Source: Escherichia coli (GTDB lineage: Bacteria; Pseudomonadota; Gammaproteobacteria; Enterobacterales; Enterobacteriaceae). Taken from it: DNA of 64,000 nt. A model generated the notes under the pieces. It saw only the letters and a list, made by a program, of their open reading frames with translations, did not search any database and had not been told where the DNA came from. Of this stretch, positions 14,727 to 29,176 are shown in pieces. How positions within the stretch are numbered: the stretch's first letter is position 1; each line of letters begins with the position of its first letter. The stretch lies in assembly GCF_003334305.1 (NCBI RefSeq), contig NZ_QOWS01000010.1; one strand, written 5' to 3'. The position numbers and the translations under genes are program-made.

Positions 14727-15197
14727 ATGACCGAAATACAACGCCTGCTGACCGAAACGATTGAGTCTCTGAATACCCGCGAAAAACGCGACAACAAACC
14801 CCGCTTTAGTATCAGTTTTATCCGTAAACATCCGGGGCTGTTTATCGGTATGTACGTTGCTTTTTTTGCCACCCTGGCGGTGATGTTGCAGTCCGAAACG
14901 CTGTCAGGCTCTGTCTGGCTACTGGTTGTATTATTTATCCTGCTTAATGGTTTCTTCTTTTTCGATGTCTACCCACGCTACCGCTATGAAGATATCGACG
15001 TGCTGGATTTCCGCGTTTGCTATAACGGCGAATGGTACAACACGCGCTTTGTACCTGCCGCGCTGGTTGAAGCCATCTTGAACTCTCCGCGTGTCGCGGA
15101 TGTTCATAAGGAACAACTGCAAAAAATGATCGTCCGTAAAGGTGAACTGTCTTTTTACGATATTTTTACCCTCGCTCGCGCCGAATCAACATCTTAA
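14727..15197 (+). CDS. ylaC: inner membrane protein YlaC
   Basis: 156-aa product from internal ATG 14727 ([22 protein letters not shown]...), two hydrophobic segments. Confidence 0.85.
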
Positions 15198-15354
15198 GTT
15201 AGGGTTACATACCAGGCGTAAAGCTCTGCGCCTGGTCAAATGACAATGATCGTTTCCACCCATCACTTCATGAAATACCAGCTCTACCTCCTTATCTCCT
15301 GCCAGCCTTTTTCCACAATCAGATATACTTTCCCTACACTGTGTTAATAAGGAT

Positions 15355-16911
15355 ATGCTGGTGAGAACACGACATCTGGTCGGCCTTATTTCGGGAGTAC
15401 TGATTCTTTCAGTATTGCTGCCTGTCGGCTTAAGCATCTGGCTGGCCCATCAGCAGGTAGAAACATCGTTTATTGAAGAGCTGGATACCTATTCCTCCCG
15501 CGTCGCTATTCGGGCCAATAAGGTGGCGACACAAGGGAAAGATGCGCTGCAAGAGCTGGAAAGATGGCAAGGCGCTGCCTGTAGCGAAGCCCATCTCATG
15601 GAAATGCGTCGGGTATCTTACAGTTATCGCTATATTCAGGAAGTGGTTTATATCGATAACAACGTTCCCCAGTGTTCGTCTCTGGAGCATGAAAGTCCGC
15701 CCGATACCTTCCCCGAGCCAGGTAAAATTTCGAAAGATGGTTATCGTGTCTGGTTAACATCGCATAACGATTTAGGCATTATCCGTTACATGGTCGCCAT
15801 GGGAACGGCACATTATGTCGTCATGATCGACCCCGCTTCCTTTATTGATGTCATTCCCTATAGCTCATGGCAAATTGATGCCGCCATTATTGGCAATGCC
15901 CATAACGTTGTCATAACCAGCAGCGATGAAATTGCTCAGGGAATTATTACCAGGCTACAAAAAACACCCGGTGAGCATATCGAAAATAATGGAATCATTT
16001 ACGATATCCTGCCCTTCCCGGAGATGAATATTTCGATCATCACCTGGGCTTCAACGAAAATGTTGCAGAAAGGCTGGCATCGGCAAGTCTTTATTTGGTT
16101 ACCGCTCGGGTTGGTGATTGGCCTGCTGGCAGCGATGTTTGTGCTGCGTATTTTGCGCCGTATCCAGTCACCGCATCATCGGCTGCAGGATGCTATCGAA
16201 AATCGTGATATTTGCGTGCACTATCAGCCGATTGTCTCCTTAGCCAATGGCAAAATTGTCGGTGCTGAGGCACTGGCGCGCTGGCCGCAGACAGACGGTA
16301 GTTGGTTGTCACCAGATAGTTTTATTCCGCTGGCACAGCAAACGGGCCTTTCTGAGCCATTGACGCTACTGATTATAAGAAGCGTCTTTGAAGATATGGG
16401 CGACTGGCTGCGTCAGCATCCACAGCAGCATATTTCGATCAATCTTGAATCCACCGTGCTCACCTCGGAAAAAATCCCGCAATTGCTGCGTGAAATGATC
16501 AATCACTATCAGGTTAATCCCAGACAGATCGCGCTTGAACTCACTGAACGCGAGTTTGCCGATCCGAAAACCAGCGCCCCGATAATTTCTCGCTACCGGG
16601 AGGCGGGCCATGAAATTTATCTTGATGATTTTGGTACGGGATATTCAAGTTTAAGTTATTTACAGGATCTGGATGTCGACATTCTGAAGATCGATAAATC
16701 TTTCGTTGATGCGCTGGAATATAAAAATGTCACGCCGCATATCATCGAAATGGCAAAAACACTGAAACTGAAAATGGTAGCGGAGGGAATCGAAACCAGT
16801 AAACAAGAAGAGTGGCTACGCCAGCATGGCGTGCACTACGGTCAGGGCTGGCTCTACAGCAAGGCATTACCGAAAGAAGATTTCTTACGCTGGGCCGAGC
16901 AACATTTGTGA
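15355..16911 (+). CDS. pdeB: c-di-GMP phosphodiesterase (CSS sensor + EAL domain)
   Basis: 518-aa ORF; EAL-domain signatures (EALARW, DDFGTGYSSLSYL) seen in translation; corresponds to ylaB/pdeB. The K-12 annotation may start two codons later. Confidence 0.9.
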   Translation: MLVRTRHLVGLISGVLILSVLLPVGLSIWLAHQQVETSFIEELDTYSSRVAIRANKVATQGKDALQELERWQGAACSEAHLMEMRRVSYSYRYIQEVVYIDNNVPQCSSLEHESPPDTFPEPGKISKDGYRVWLTSHNDLGIIRYMVAMGTAHYVVMIDPASFIDVIPYSSWQIDAAIIGNAHNVVITSSDEIAQGIITRLQKTPGEHIENNGIIYDILPFPEMNISIITWASTKMLQKGWHRQVFIWLPLGLVIGLLAAMFVLRILRRIQSPHHRLQDAIENRDICVHYQPIVSLANGKIVGAEALARWPQTDGSWLSPDSFIPLAQQTGLSEPLTLLIIRSVFEDMGDWLRQHPQQHISINLESTVLTSEKIPQLLREMINHYQVNPRQIALELTEREFADPKTSAPIISRYREAGHEIYLDDFGTGYSSLSYLQDLDVDILKIDKSFVDALEYKNVTPHIIEMAKTLKLKMVAEGIETSKQEEWLRQHGVHYGQGWLYSKALPKEDFLRWAEQHL

Positions 16912-16952
16912 ATTTTTGGGCTGACGGCACGCCGCACAGCCCGTCACGCTAC

Positions 16953-17306
16953 CTATTCGTCGATGATTGACTCGAATCCGCCATAGATCATTCGCTTGCC
17001 GTCAAACGGCATGGACTCGCCGAACTCTTTCATCCGTGGGTCCGACATCATCTTTTGAGTAGCAGCGTCGCGGACCTCTTTTGAAGGGTATTCAATCCAG
17101 CTAAAGACAACCTCTTCATTCTCTTCCGCTTTCACCGCCATACGAAAATCGGTCACTTTGCCATCCGGTACATCGCTGGCCCAGCATTCGACAATACGAA
17201 GCGCGCCAAACTCTTTAAACAATGGCGCAGCCTTAGCGGCCATTTCCCGATAGGCATCCTTTTTATCGGCAGGAACGGCAACCACAAAACCATCAACATA
17301 CTTCAT
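16953..17306 (-). CDS. ybaA: DUF1428 protein YbaA
   Basis: 117-aa ORF MKYVDGFVVAVPADKKDAYREMAAKAAPLF... Confidence 0.9.
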   Translation of the reverse strand: MKYVDGFVVAVPADKKDAYREMAAKAAPLFKEFGALRIVECWASDVPDGKVTDFRMAVKAEENEEVVFSWIEYPSKEVRDAATQKMMSDPRMKEFGESMPFDGKRMIYGGFESIIDE

Positions 17307-17416
17307 CAGACATACCTCCGAAGCGTACTGCGCAGCCAGACAATTCTTGCGACGTCAGTTGTGGTTAAAGTTTAGCCATGTTGGGGTTTTTTGACGAAAC
17401 GGTGGGAGGCAGAAAT

Positions 17417-17530
17417 GGGTGGGGGCCCTGCCAGCTACATCCCGGCACACGCGTCATCTGCCTTGGCTGCTTCCTTCCGGACCTGACCTGGTAAACAGAG
17501 TAGCGTTGCGGGAGAACCAACAGAGCCCCC
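17417..17530 (-). ncRNA. ffs: 4.5S RNA (signal recognition particle RNA)
   Basis: Reverse complement reads GGGGGCTCTGTTGGTTCTCCCGCAACGCTACTCTGTTTACCAGGTCAGGTCCGGAAGGAAGCAGCCAAGGCAGATGACGCGTGTGCCGGGATGTAGCTGGCAGGGCCCCCACCC, the 114-nt 4.5S RNA as I recall it. Confidence 0.93.
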
Positions 17531-17606
17531 ATTGAGAGCGTTGAGAACCAACGCGCAGGCGCATTATCACTGCTGCCCCGGCTAATTGCAACCCATCGCG
17601 TGCCAG

Positions 17607-17996
17607 ATGCTGGTTTCTTGCGCAATGCGACTTCACTCGGGCGTTTTTCCAGATTATGCTGAAAAATTACCTCAGGAAGAAAAGATGGAAAAAGAAGATT
17701 CATTTCCCCAACGCGTCTGGCAAATCGTCGCCGCTATTCCCGAAGGCTATGTCACCACTTACGGTGATGTGGCGAAACTGGCGGGATCGCCCCGCGCCGC
17801 GCGCCAGGTGGGCGGTGTGTTAAAGCGTCTCCCTGAAGGCAGCACCTTACCCTGGCACCGGGTGGTTAATCGCCACGGCACAATTTCGCTAACCGGACCG
17901 GATTTACAGCGTCAGCGACAGGCATTACTGGCAGAAGGTGTGATGGTATCGGGAAGCGGGCAAATCGACTTGCAGCGTTATCGCTGGAACTACTAA
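17607..17996 (+). CDS. atl: alkyltransferase-like DNA-repair protein
   Basis: 129-aa product from ATG 17607 (MLVSCAMRLHSGVFPDYAEKL...); the track ORF starts at an upstream TTG. Confidence 0.88.
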   Translation: MLVSCAMRLHSGVFPDYAEKLPQEEKMEKEDSFPQRVWQIVAAIPEGYVTTYGDVAKLAGSPRAARQVGGVLKRLPEGSTLPWHRVVNRHGTISLTGPDLQRQRQALLAEGVMVSGSGQIDLQRYRWNY

Positions 17997-18026
17997 CCCT
18001 CTCCGGGCGGAGAGGGTTAACGTCGC

Positions 18027-18599
18027 TTAATATTGCGTAGGAGCTGGAACTGCCGAAGACGGATTCACCTGAGTTGGTGAAGTCGAAGGTACGGTAGTCG
18101 TTGCACCACCGCTGGCCTGAACCGGCACGGCGGTTTGCTGCACCGGCACCAATGTCAGGTCGGCTTTAGTTCCGCCCTTGTTGATCACCGGCTGAACGGT
18201 ATCGGTAATAAATACCAGTTTGTCATTCACGGTAATCGCCGCACTCAACAGAATACGCGCGTTCGGCTGAACATCTGCCGGGTTAAATGGCAGAACAAAG
18301 CTGAATGGTGACTGTTTACCTTCAGTACGCACCGCTTTCTGCGCCAGCACTTTTGACGGTGCATCGGCTAACGACGCGTCAGAAAGTGTCACGGTCAGCA
18401 CAGCATCAGGCGGCAGTGCGACTTTCTGACGGATCCAGACGGTACCGGAGACATTCGGTTGCTGGATAGCAGGTTGTTGTGTTGCTGAAATAGACGTATT
18501 TGCAGCCGGGGCTGGCGTCTGAATATCCGCGCTTTTATCTGCGCAAGCCGCCAACGCAATCGCAACCGCTAAACCACTGGCCATGTGCACGAGTTTCAT
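18027..18599 (-). CDS. ybaY: outer membrane lipoprotein YbaY
   Basis: 190-aa ORF with lipoprotein signal (LAVAIALAAC). Confidence 0.9.
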   Translation of the reverse strand: MKLVHMASGLAVAIALAACADKSADIQTPAPAANTSISATQQPAIQQPNVSGTVWIRQKVALPPDAVLTVTLSDASLADAPSKVLAQKAVRTEGKQSPFSFVLPFNPADVQPNARILLSAAITVNDKLVFITDTVQPVINKGGTKADLTLVPVQQTAVPVQASGGATTTVPSTSPTQVNPSSAVPAPTQY

Positions 18600-18816
18600 T
18601 CATTTCTCCTTATTATCAATGCACCAGCGGGCTAACTTTCCTCGCCGGAAGAGTGGTTAACAAAATAGTAACGTCAACAAGTGTGGCACACATCACGCAT
18701 TTCTGCCTGTAATTAGCCCGTAATTCAGACCATTGCACCCATCGGACCAGTAGCAAATTTGCGTTATACTCAACTCACTTTGGCTTGCTGCGGCAGCTTT
18801 GTTACTGGAGAGTTAT

Positions 18817-19677
18817 ATGAGTCAGGCGCTAAAAAATTTACTGACATTGTTAAATCTGGAAAAAATTGAGGAAGGACTCTTTCGCGGCCAGAGTGAAGAT
18901 TTAGGTTTACGCCAGGTGTTTGGCGGCCAGGTCGTGGGTCAGGCCTTGTATGCTGCAAAAGAGACCGTCCCTGAAGAGCGGCTGGTACATTCGTTTCACA
19001 GCTACTTTCTTCGCCCTGGCGATAGTAAGAAGCCGATTATTTATGATGTCGAAACGCTGCGTGACGGTAACAGCTTCAGCGCCCGCCGGGTTGCTGCTAT
19101 TCAAAACGGCAAACCGATTTTTTATATGACGGCCTCTTTCCAGGCACCAGAAGCGGGTTTCGAACATCAAAAAACAATGCCGTCCGCGCCAGCGCCTGAT
19201 GGCCTGCCTTCGGAAACGCAAATCGCCCAATCGCTGGCGCACCTGCTGCCGCCAGTGCTTAAAGATAAATTCATCTGCGATCGTCCGCTGGAAGTCCGTC
19301 CGGTGGAGTTTCATAACCCACTGAAAGGTCACGTCGCAGAACCACATCGTCAGGTGTGGATCCGCGCAAATGGTAGCGTGCCGGATGACCTGCGCGTTCA
19401 TCAGTATCTGCTCGGTTACGCTTCTGATCTTAACTTCCTGCCGGTAGCTCTACAGCCGCACGGCATCGGTTTTCTCGAACCGGGGATTCAGATTGCCACC
19501 ATTGACCATTCCATGTGGTTCCATCGCCCGTTTAATTTGAATGAATGGCTGCTGTATAGCGTGGAGAGCACCTCGGCGTCCAGCGCACGCGGCTTTGTGC
19601 GCGGTGAGTTTTATACCCAGGACGGCGTGCTGGTTGCCTCGACCGTTCAGGAAGGGGTGATGCGTAATCACAATTAA
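18817..19677 (+). CDS. tesB: acyl-CoA thioesterase II
   Basis: 286-aa product from ATG 18817 ([30 protein letters not shown]...). Confidence 0.94.
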
Positions 19678-19715
19678 AAAAATAGCCGGAGGTAAAACCG
19701 TCCGGCTATTTTTTG
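19676..19715. terminator. bidirectional intrinsic terminator between convergent tesB and amtB
   Basis: A-run, 9-bp stem atagccgga / tccggctat, then T-run. Confidence 0.75.
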
Positions 19716-19724
19716 CAGTGCTTG

Positions 19725-21011
19725 TTACGCGTTATAGGCATTCTCGCCGTGACTGTTGACATCCAGCCCTTCTCGCTCCTGCTCTTCCGGTACACGCAGA
19801 CCAACCGTCAGATCCGCCAGTTTGTAGCCAATAAATGCCACCACACCGGACCAGACGATCGTAATGGCGATGCTTTCCAGCTGTACCAGCAACTGATGGC
19901 CCATCGTCACACCTTCAGCGAAGCCCACGCCACCCAGCGAACTGGCGGCAAAAATCCCAGTCATGATACAGCCGACAATGCCACAAACGCCGTGCACACC
20001 GAAGACATCGCAGGGATCATCCACCCGCAGCAAGCGTTTGAGCATAGTAACGCCCCACAAGCCCGCCAGACCAGCTACCACGCCGATAATCAACGCGCCG
20101 CCAACCCCAATGTAGCCACACGCTGGCGTCACGCCGACCAGACCGGCAATCGCGCCAGAACACGCTCCCAGCAGAGAAGGCTTACCACGCAGCGCCCATT
20201 CACCGAAGATCCAGCCAAGAATTGCCGCCGCCGTTGCGACCACAGTATTCACAAATGCCAGTGCCGCGATTTCATTCGCCGTGCCCGCTGACCCGGCGTT
20301 AAAGCCAAACCAACCAATATAGAGAATGGCAGTACCGGTGAAGACCATTGGCAGGTTGTGCGGTTTAAACGCCTCTTTGCCGAAGCCCACGCGTTTGCCT
20401 ATCAGATACGCGCCCACCAGACCGGCGATTGCGGCGTTAATATGCACCACCGTGCCACCCGCGAAATCCAGCGCACCGTGAGAAGCCAGCAAACCACCGC
20501 CCCACACCATATGCGCAATCGGAATGTAAGAGAGCGTCAGCCATACCACCACGAAAATCAACACAGCTGAGAAGCGGATTCGTTCCGCCAGCGCCCCAAC
20601 GATCAAGCCGACGGTAATGCAGGCAAACGAGCCCTGAAACGCCACGTGGATATACTGATAAATGCTGCCCATCACCGCCGTCAGTTCGATGTTTTTTAGC
20701 ATCAACCAGTTAATGTTGCCGAAGAAGTTGTTGCCCTCACCAAACGCCAGCGAGTAACCGTAAACCACCCAGAGAATACAGACCAGTGCAAACGTCACCG
20801 TCACCTGCGTCAGCATCGACAGCACGTTTTTGCCGCGAATCAACCCACCGTAAAACAGGGCAATCCCCGGAATAGTCATAAACAGCACCAGCGCAGTACA
20901 AATCATCATAAACGCATTGTCGGCTTTATCGGCCACCGCAGGTGCAGCCATTACCAGTCCCGGCAGCATCGCCAGTGAAGCAAGCCCAGTTTTTATCGTC
21001 GCTATCTTCAT
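19725..21011 (-). CDS. amtB: ammonium transporter
   Basis: 428-aa polytopic membrane ORF MKIATIKTGLASLAMLPGLVMA... Confidence 0.95.
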   Translation of the reverse strand: MKIATIKTGLASLAMLPGLVMAAPAVADKADNAFMMICTALVLFMTIPGIALFYGGLIRGKNVLSMLTQVTVTFALVCILWVVYGYSLAFGEGNNFFGNINWLMLKNIELTAVMGSIYQYIHVAFQGSFACITVGLIVGALAERIRFSAVLIFVVVWLTLSYIPIAHMVWGGGLLASHGALDFAGGTVVHINAAIAGLVGAYLIGKRVGFGKEAFKPHNLPMVFTGTAILYIGWFGFNAGSAGTANEIAALAFVNTVVATAAAILGWIFGEWALRGKPSLLGACSGAIAGLVGVTPACGYIGVGGALIIGVVAGLAGLWGVTMLKRLLRVDDPCDVFGVHGVCGIVGCIMTGIFAASSLGGVGFAEGVTMGHQLLVQLESIAITIVWSGVVAFIGYKLADLTVGLRVPEEQEREGLDVNSHGENAYNA

Positions 21012-21040
21012 TTTTCGTTCCTGTTGCTGTGTGCCAGAGA

Positions 21041-21379
21041 TTACAGCGCCGCTTCGTCGGCTTCGCCGGTACGAATACGAATGACGCGTTGCAATTCAGC
21101 GACGAAGATTTTGCCGTCGCCAATTTTTCCGGTGTAAGCCGCCTTACTGACGATATCGATCACTTCATCGAGTTGGTCATCAGCAATCGCCACATCAATT
21201 TTTACTTTTGGCAGGAAGTTGACGCTGTATTCCGCCCCCCGGTACAGCTCGGCATGCCCTTTCTGACGCCCGAAACCTTTCACTTCGGTGACGGTCAGGC
21301 CCTGAATACCAATGGAAGATAACGCTTCACGAACGTCTTCCAGCTTGAATGGTTTGATTATCACGGTCACCAGCTTCAT
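21041..21379 (-). CDS. glnK: nitrogen regulatory protein PII-2
   Basis: 112-aa product from ATG 21379 (MKLVTVIIKPFKLEDVREALSSIGIQGLTV...); the track ORF is extended upstream. Confidence 0.95.
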   Translation of the reverse strand: MKLVTVIIKPFKLEDVREALSSIGIQGLTVTEVKGFGRQKGHAELYRGAEYSVNFLPKVKIDVAIADDQLDEVIDIVSKAAYTGKIGDGKIFVAELQRVIRIRTGEADEAAL

Positions 21380-21430
21380 AGATCCCCTCCGGTCAGAATT
21401 CGGTAATGGTTCTGCTACACGAAGAAGGTA

Positions 21431-21447
21431 TTGCAAGCGGTGTGCCA
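21431..21447 (-). promoter_or_regulatory. sigma54 (-24/-12) promoter of glnK-amtB
   Basis: Minus strand reads TGGCAC-ACCGC-TTGCA, an exact match to the sigma54 consensus spacing, about 50 nt upstream of the glnK start. Confidence 0.8.
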
Positions 21448-21500
21448 GAAATGAAAAACGAGAAAGAGAGCAGGAAGTTAAGAAGATTGAAAATGAAAAC

Positions 21501-21517
21501 GCACTATGACAGTGCAC
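21501..21517. promoter_or_regulatory. putative NtrC binding site upstream of the glnK promoter
   Basis: gcactatgacagtgcac resembles the NtrC dyad TGCACC-N5-GGTGCA; a second partial copy tgcaccaacg lies near 21533. Confidence 0.5.
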
Positions 21518-21559
21518 AGTGCGTTACATTTTTGCACCAACGATGAAATATTGCGCTAT

Positions 21560-25106
<3,547 letters not shown>

Positions 25107-25135
25107 GCGTTGTGTCCTGACCTGATTCTGGATAT

Positions 25136-25594
25136 TTATTCGATGGGTAAAGAAGTGGTGTATTTAATCTGTTCCATCGCGAAGCTGGAAGTGACGTCCG
25201 ACAGCCCCGGCACGCTGTTTACCAGACGCTTATAAAACTCGTCGTAGCGTTTCATGTCGGCAACCTGGACGCGCATCAGATAATCGTATTCACCAGCCAT
25301 GCGCCAGAACCCCAGCACTTCTGGCATTTCGGTAACCACCGTGACAAAGCGGCAATACCATTCGCTGCTGTGATGTTGCGTTTTTATCAGCACAAAGGCG
25401 GTCAGGCCGAGGCCTATTTTTTCCGGATCCAGCAGGGCGACTTTGCCGATAAGGATACCGTCGTCCTCCAGCCGTTTCAGGCGCTTCCAGCAAGGGGTGG
25501 TTGTCAGATTAACGGCTTCAGCCAGTGCCTGCAAAGAGAGGGTGCAATCCTGCTGCAGTAAGGCCAGCAGCTTACGGTCAATTTTATCTAACAT
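25136..25594 (-). CDS. decR: Lrp/AsnC-family transcriptional regulator
   Basis: 152-aa product from ATG 25594 ([43 protein letters not shown]...); ybaO/decR. Confidence 0.9.
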
Positions 25595-25746
25595 AGCTCT
25601 TCCACGGAGAATTTTTTTCTCTTTTAATTCTATTTTAAAGGTGAAATCGCGACAATTTATTCTGTGCGGTTTAAACACCACGGCACAAAATGACAAATTC
25701 AACGCAAAAAAAACCGGGCAATTGCCCGGTGCTGGAAGGGATCTCG

Positions 25747-26565
25747 TTATTCGGGGGAATAAGGTAGATGTGGATAGTCCAGCCAGTGCGTCAAATAGTG
25801 AGAGACAGCCTGATTTCGGCAATGTCCAATCACCGGTAAATGCGGGAGCTCCGCGCGCAGTTGCGGCATCGCATTGCCCATAATAAACCCGCTACCGACG
25901 CTGCCTAACATTTCGCGATCGTTCATCGCATCACCAAAGGCCATGCAATCGCGCAACGATAAACCTAAATGTTGGGTCAGCACCGTCAATGCAGCGCCTT
26001 TATTGCAGCCCACCGGCAGCACTTCGAGGCAATCCGTGGCGGAAAAACACAAATGTGCACGCTCGCCTAATGCTTCGTATAGCTGGATCTGCAAGCGTGT
26101 AAGATCGTCGTGATCGCCACAGAAGCAGATCTTGGTGACGCTGCCGAGTGGCATTTTTTTGACATCGATTATCTGATAACGAAAACCGCTATAGACAAAT
26201 GCCTGCAACAACGCAGGGATCTCTTTCCCGGTAAACCAACCGTCGTCATTGAAGATATGCATGCTGGCTCGGGTATCCCATTGCTGATACAGCACCAGCT
26301 CCGCGACATCCGCAGGTAAATCATCACGATGTAAAAGTTCACCTTCCAGAGAATGCACGCGCGTTCCGTTGCCGGTAATCAAATATGCATCCAGCGATAG
26401 CGCCCCGAGAATATGCTGCATCTCCAGCGCATGACGCCCCGTGGCAAAAGTGAGGGTAATGTCGCGTTCACGCAGTCGCGCCAAAGTAGAGAGGGTTTTC
26501 TCACCTAAATGATGGTCAGGCATCAATAAAGTGCCATCCATATCAAATGCTGCCAGACGAGCCAT
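25747..26565 (-). CDS. cof: HAD-family HMP-PP phosphatase
   Basis: 272-aa product from ATG 26565 ([19 protein letters not shown]...), HAD motif DMDGTL. Confidence 0.9.
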
Positions 26566-26664
26566 TTCTTTCTCCACTCTGTGACACGGTTAATGGTGAT
26601 TGAGTATCACCTGATATATACGGAAGTAATAGTGAATAGTTAAATAATATTGTTCCGGGTTTAT

Positions 26665-28365
26665 ATGCGATTGCTCAACCGTCTTAACCAGTATCAACGT
26701 CTGTGGCAACCTTCAGCCGGAAAGCCGCAAACCGTCACCGTCAGCGAACTGGCCGAACGCTGTTTTTGCAGCGAACGCCATGTTCGTACGCTGTTGCGTC
26801 AGGCACAGGAGGCGGGATGGCTGGAGTGGCAGGCGCAGTCAGGACGCGGAAAGCGCGGACAATTACGCTTTCTGGTCACGCCGGAATCGCTACGCAATGC
26901 GATGATGGAACAGGCACTGGAAACCGGAAAGCAGCAAGATGTGCTGGAGCTGGCGCAACTGGCCCCAGGTGAGCTGCGCACTCTGTTACAGCCGTTTATG
27001 GGCGGACAATGGCAAAACGATACACCCACGTTGCGTATTCCCTACTATCGCCCGCTCGAACCGCTACAACCAGGCTTTTTGCCCGGCCGTGCCGAGCAGC
27101 ATCTCGCCGGGCAGATATTTTCCGGCCTGACCCGCTTCGATAATAATACTCAGCGCCCGATTGGCGATTTAGCGCATCACTGGGAAACCTCTACTGACGG
27201 GTTACGCTGGGACTTTTATCTTCGTTCAACCCTACACTGGCATAACGGCGATGCAGTAAAAGCCTCACACTTACACCAGCGATTATTGATGCTGTTACAA
27301 CTGCCAGCACTGGATCAATTATTTATTAGCGTGAAGCGTATTGAAGTCACCCATCCGCAGTGTCTGACCTTCTTTTTACATCGCCCCGATTACTGGCTTG
27401 CGCACCGGCTGGCGAGCTATTGCAGCCATCTGGCGCATCCGCAATTCCCACTGATCGGCACTGGTCCTTTTCGCTTAACACAATTCACAGCGGAGCTGGT
27501 GCGCCTGGAGAGCCATGATTATTACCATTTGCGTCATCCGCTGCTTAAAGCGGTTGAGTACTGGATAACTCCGCCGCTTTTCGAAAAAGATTTGGGAACC
27601 AGTTGTCGGCATCCCGTGCAAATCACCATCGGCAAACCGGAGGAGCTGCAACGGGTCAGCCAGGTCAGTAGTGGCATCAGTTTAGGTTTTTGCTATTTAA
27701 CGTTGCGCAAAAGTCCCCGACTCTCCCTCTGGCAGGCGCGAAAAGTGATCTCCATTATTCATCAATCCGGTTTATTACAAACGTTAGAAGTCGGAGAAAA
27801 CCTGATCACCGCCAGTCATGCATTACTGCCAGGCTGGACTATTCCGCACTGGCAAGTACCGGATGAAGTCAAACTACCGAAAACCTTGACGCTGGTTTAT
27901 CACTTACCGATAGAACTTCATACCATGGCAGAACGCCTACAGGCGACACTGGCAGCGGAAGGCTGTGAACTCACAATTATTTTTCATAACGCAAAAAACT
28001 GGGACGACACGACCCTACTGGCACACGCAGACCTCATGATGGGCGACAGATTAATTGGCGAAGCACCGGAATATACTCTGGAGCAATGGCTACGTTGCGA
28101 TCCACTATGGCCACATGTTTTCGACGCTCCAGCATATGCACATCTGCAATCGACGCTGGACGCGGTGCAAGTAATGCCTGATGAGGAAAACCGATTTAAT
28201 GCCCTGAAAGCGGTTTTTAGCCAGTTAATGGCAGACGCGACGCTGACGCCGCTGTTCAACTATCACTATCGCATTAGTGCCCCTCCCGGCGTGAACGGTG
28301 TGCGACTGACACCGCGCGGCTGGTTTGAATTTACCGAAGCCTGGCTTCCCGCGCCGTCGCAATGA
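26665..28365 (+). CDS. ybaE: solute-binding-protein-like protein YbaE
   Basis: 566-aa product from ATG 26665 (MRLLNRLNQYQRLWQPSAGKPQ...). Confidence 0.88.
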   Translation: MRLLNRLNQYQRLWQPSAGKPQTVTVSELAERCFCSERHVRTLLRQAQEAGWLEWQAQSGRGKRGQLRFLVTPESLRNAMMEQALETGKQQDVLELAQLAPGELRTLLQPFMGGQWQNDTPTLRIPYYRPLEPLQPGFLPGRAEQHLAGQIFSGLTRFDNNTQRPIGDLAHHWETSTDGLRWDFYLRSTLHWHNGDAVKASHLHQRLLMLLQLPALDQLFISVKRIEVTHPQCLTFFLHRPDYWLAHRLASYCSHLAHPQFPLIGTGPFRLTQFTAELVRLESHDYYHLRHPLLKAVEYWITPPLFEKDLGTSCRHPVQITIGKPEELQRVSQVSSGISLGFCYLTLRKSPRLSLWQARKVISIIHQSGLLQTLEVGENLITASHALLPGWTIPHWQVPDEVKLPKTLTLVYHLPIELHTMAERLQATLAAEGCELTIIFHNAKNWDDTTLLAHADLMMGDRLIGEAPEYTLEQWLRCDPLWPHVFDAPAYAHLQSTLDAVQVMPDEENRFNALKAVFSQLMADATLTPLFNYHYRISAPPGVNGVRLTPRGWFEFTEAWLPAPSQ

Positions 28366-28429
28366 ATAGCTGGTCCGGGTTAATCGCAGGCGTTACCATA
28401 ACGCTTTTATTGTTCAAGCAGGATTATCT

Positions 28430-29125
28430 ATGAAACGTGCTGTCGTTGTGTTCAGTGGAGGCCAGGATTCCACCACCTGTCTGGTGCAGGCATTACAACA
28501 ATATGATGAAGTCCATTGCGTGACGTTCGATTACGGTCAGCGACATCGCGCAGAAATCGACGTGGCACGCGAACTGGCGCTGAAACTGGGAGCACGCGCG
28601 CATAAGGTTCTTGATGTAACGCTGCTCAACGAGCTGGCGGTCAGCAGCCTGACACGTGACAGCATTCCGGTGCCTGATTATGAACCTGAAGCCGATGGCA
28701 TCCCGAATACGTTTGTCCCAGGGCGTAATATTTTGTTCCTGACGCTGGCGGCAATATATGCGTATCAGGTAAAAGCAGAAGCCGTAATTACCGGCGTCTG
28801 TGAAACGGATTTCTCCGGCTACCCGGATTGCCGCGATGAGTTTGTGAAAGCACTAAACCATGCCGTCAGTTTGGGCATGGCGAAAGATATTCGTTTTGAA
28901 ACGCCGCTGATGTGGATTGATAAAGCGGAAACCTGGGCGCTGGCAGATTATTACGGCAAACTGGATTTAGTCCGTAACGAAACGTTGACCTGCTATAACG
29001 GCATTAAAGGCGACGGTTGCGGTCATTGTGCGGCATGTAATTTACGCGCCAACGGTTTGAATCATTATCTGGCCGATAAACCGACGGTGATGGCAGCGAT
29101 GAAGCAGAAAACCGGGTTGAGGTAA
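28430..29125 (+). CDS. queC: 7-cyano-7-deazaguanine synthase
   Basis: 231-aa [21 protein letters not shown]..., PP-loop SGGQDS and C-terminal Zn-binding cysteines. Confidence 0.94.
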
Positions 29126-29176
29126 TTATTCCGGGTGTCGCCGGATGCGGCTTGAGCATCCGGCACCACAAAACGT

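Noticed and set aside
17365-17703. Track ORFs 17365..17703 (-) and 17454..17636 (-) as protein-coding genes
   Set aside because: They lie over the 4.5S RNA gene ffs (17417-17530), which is recognisable base-for-base; the ORFs are chance reading frames.
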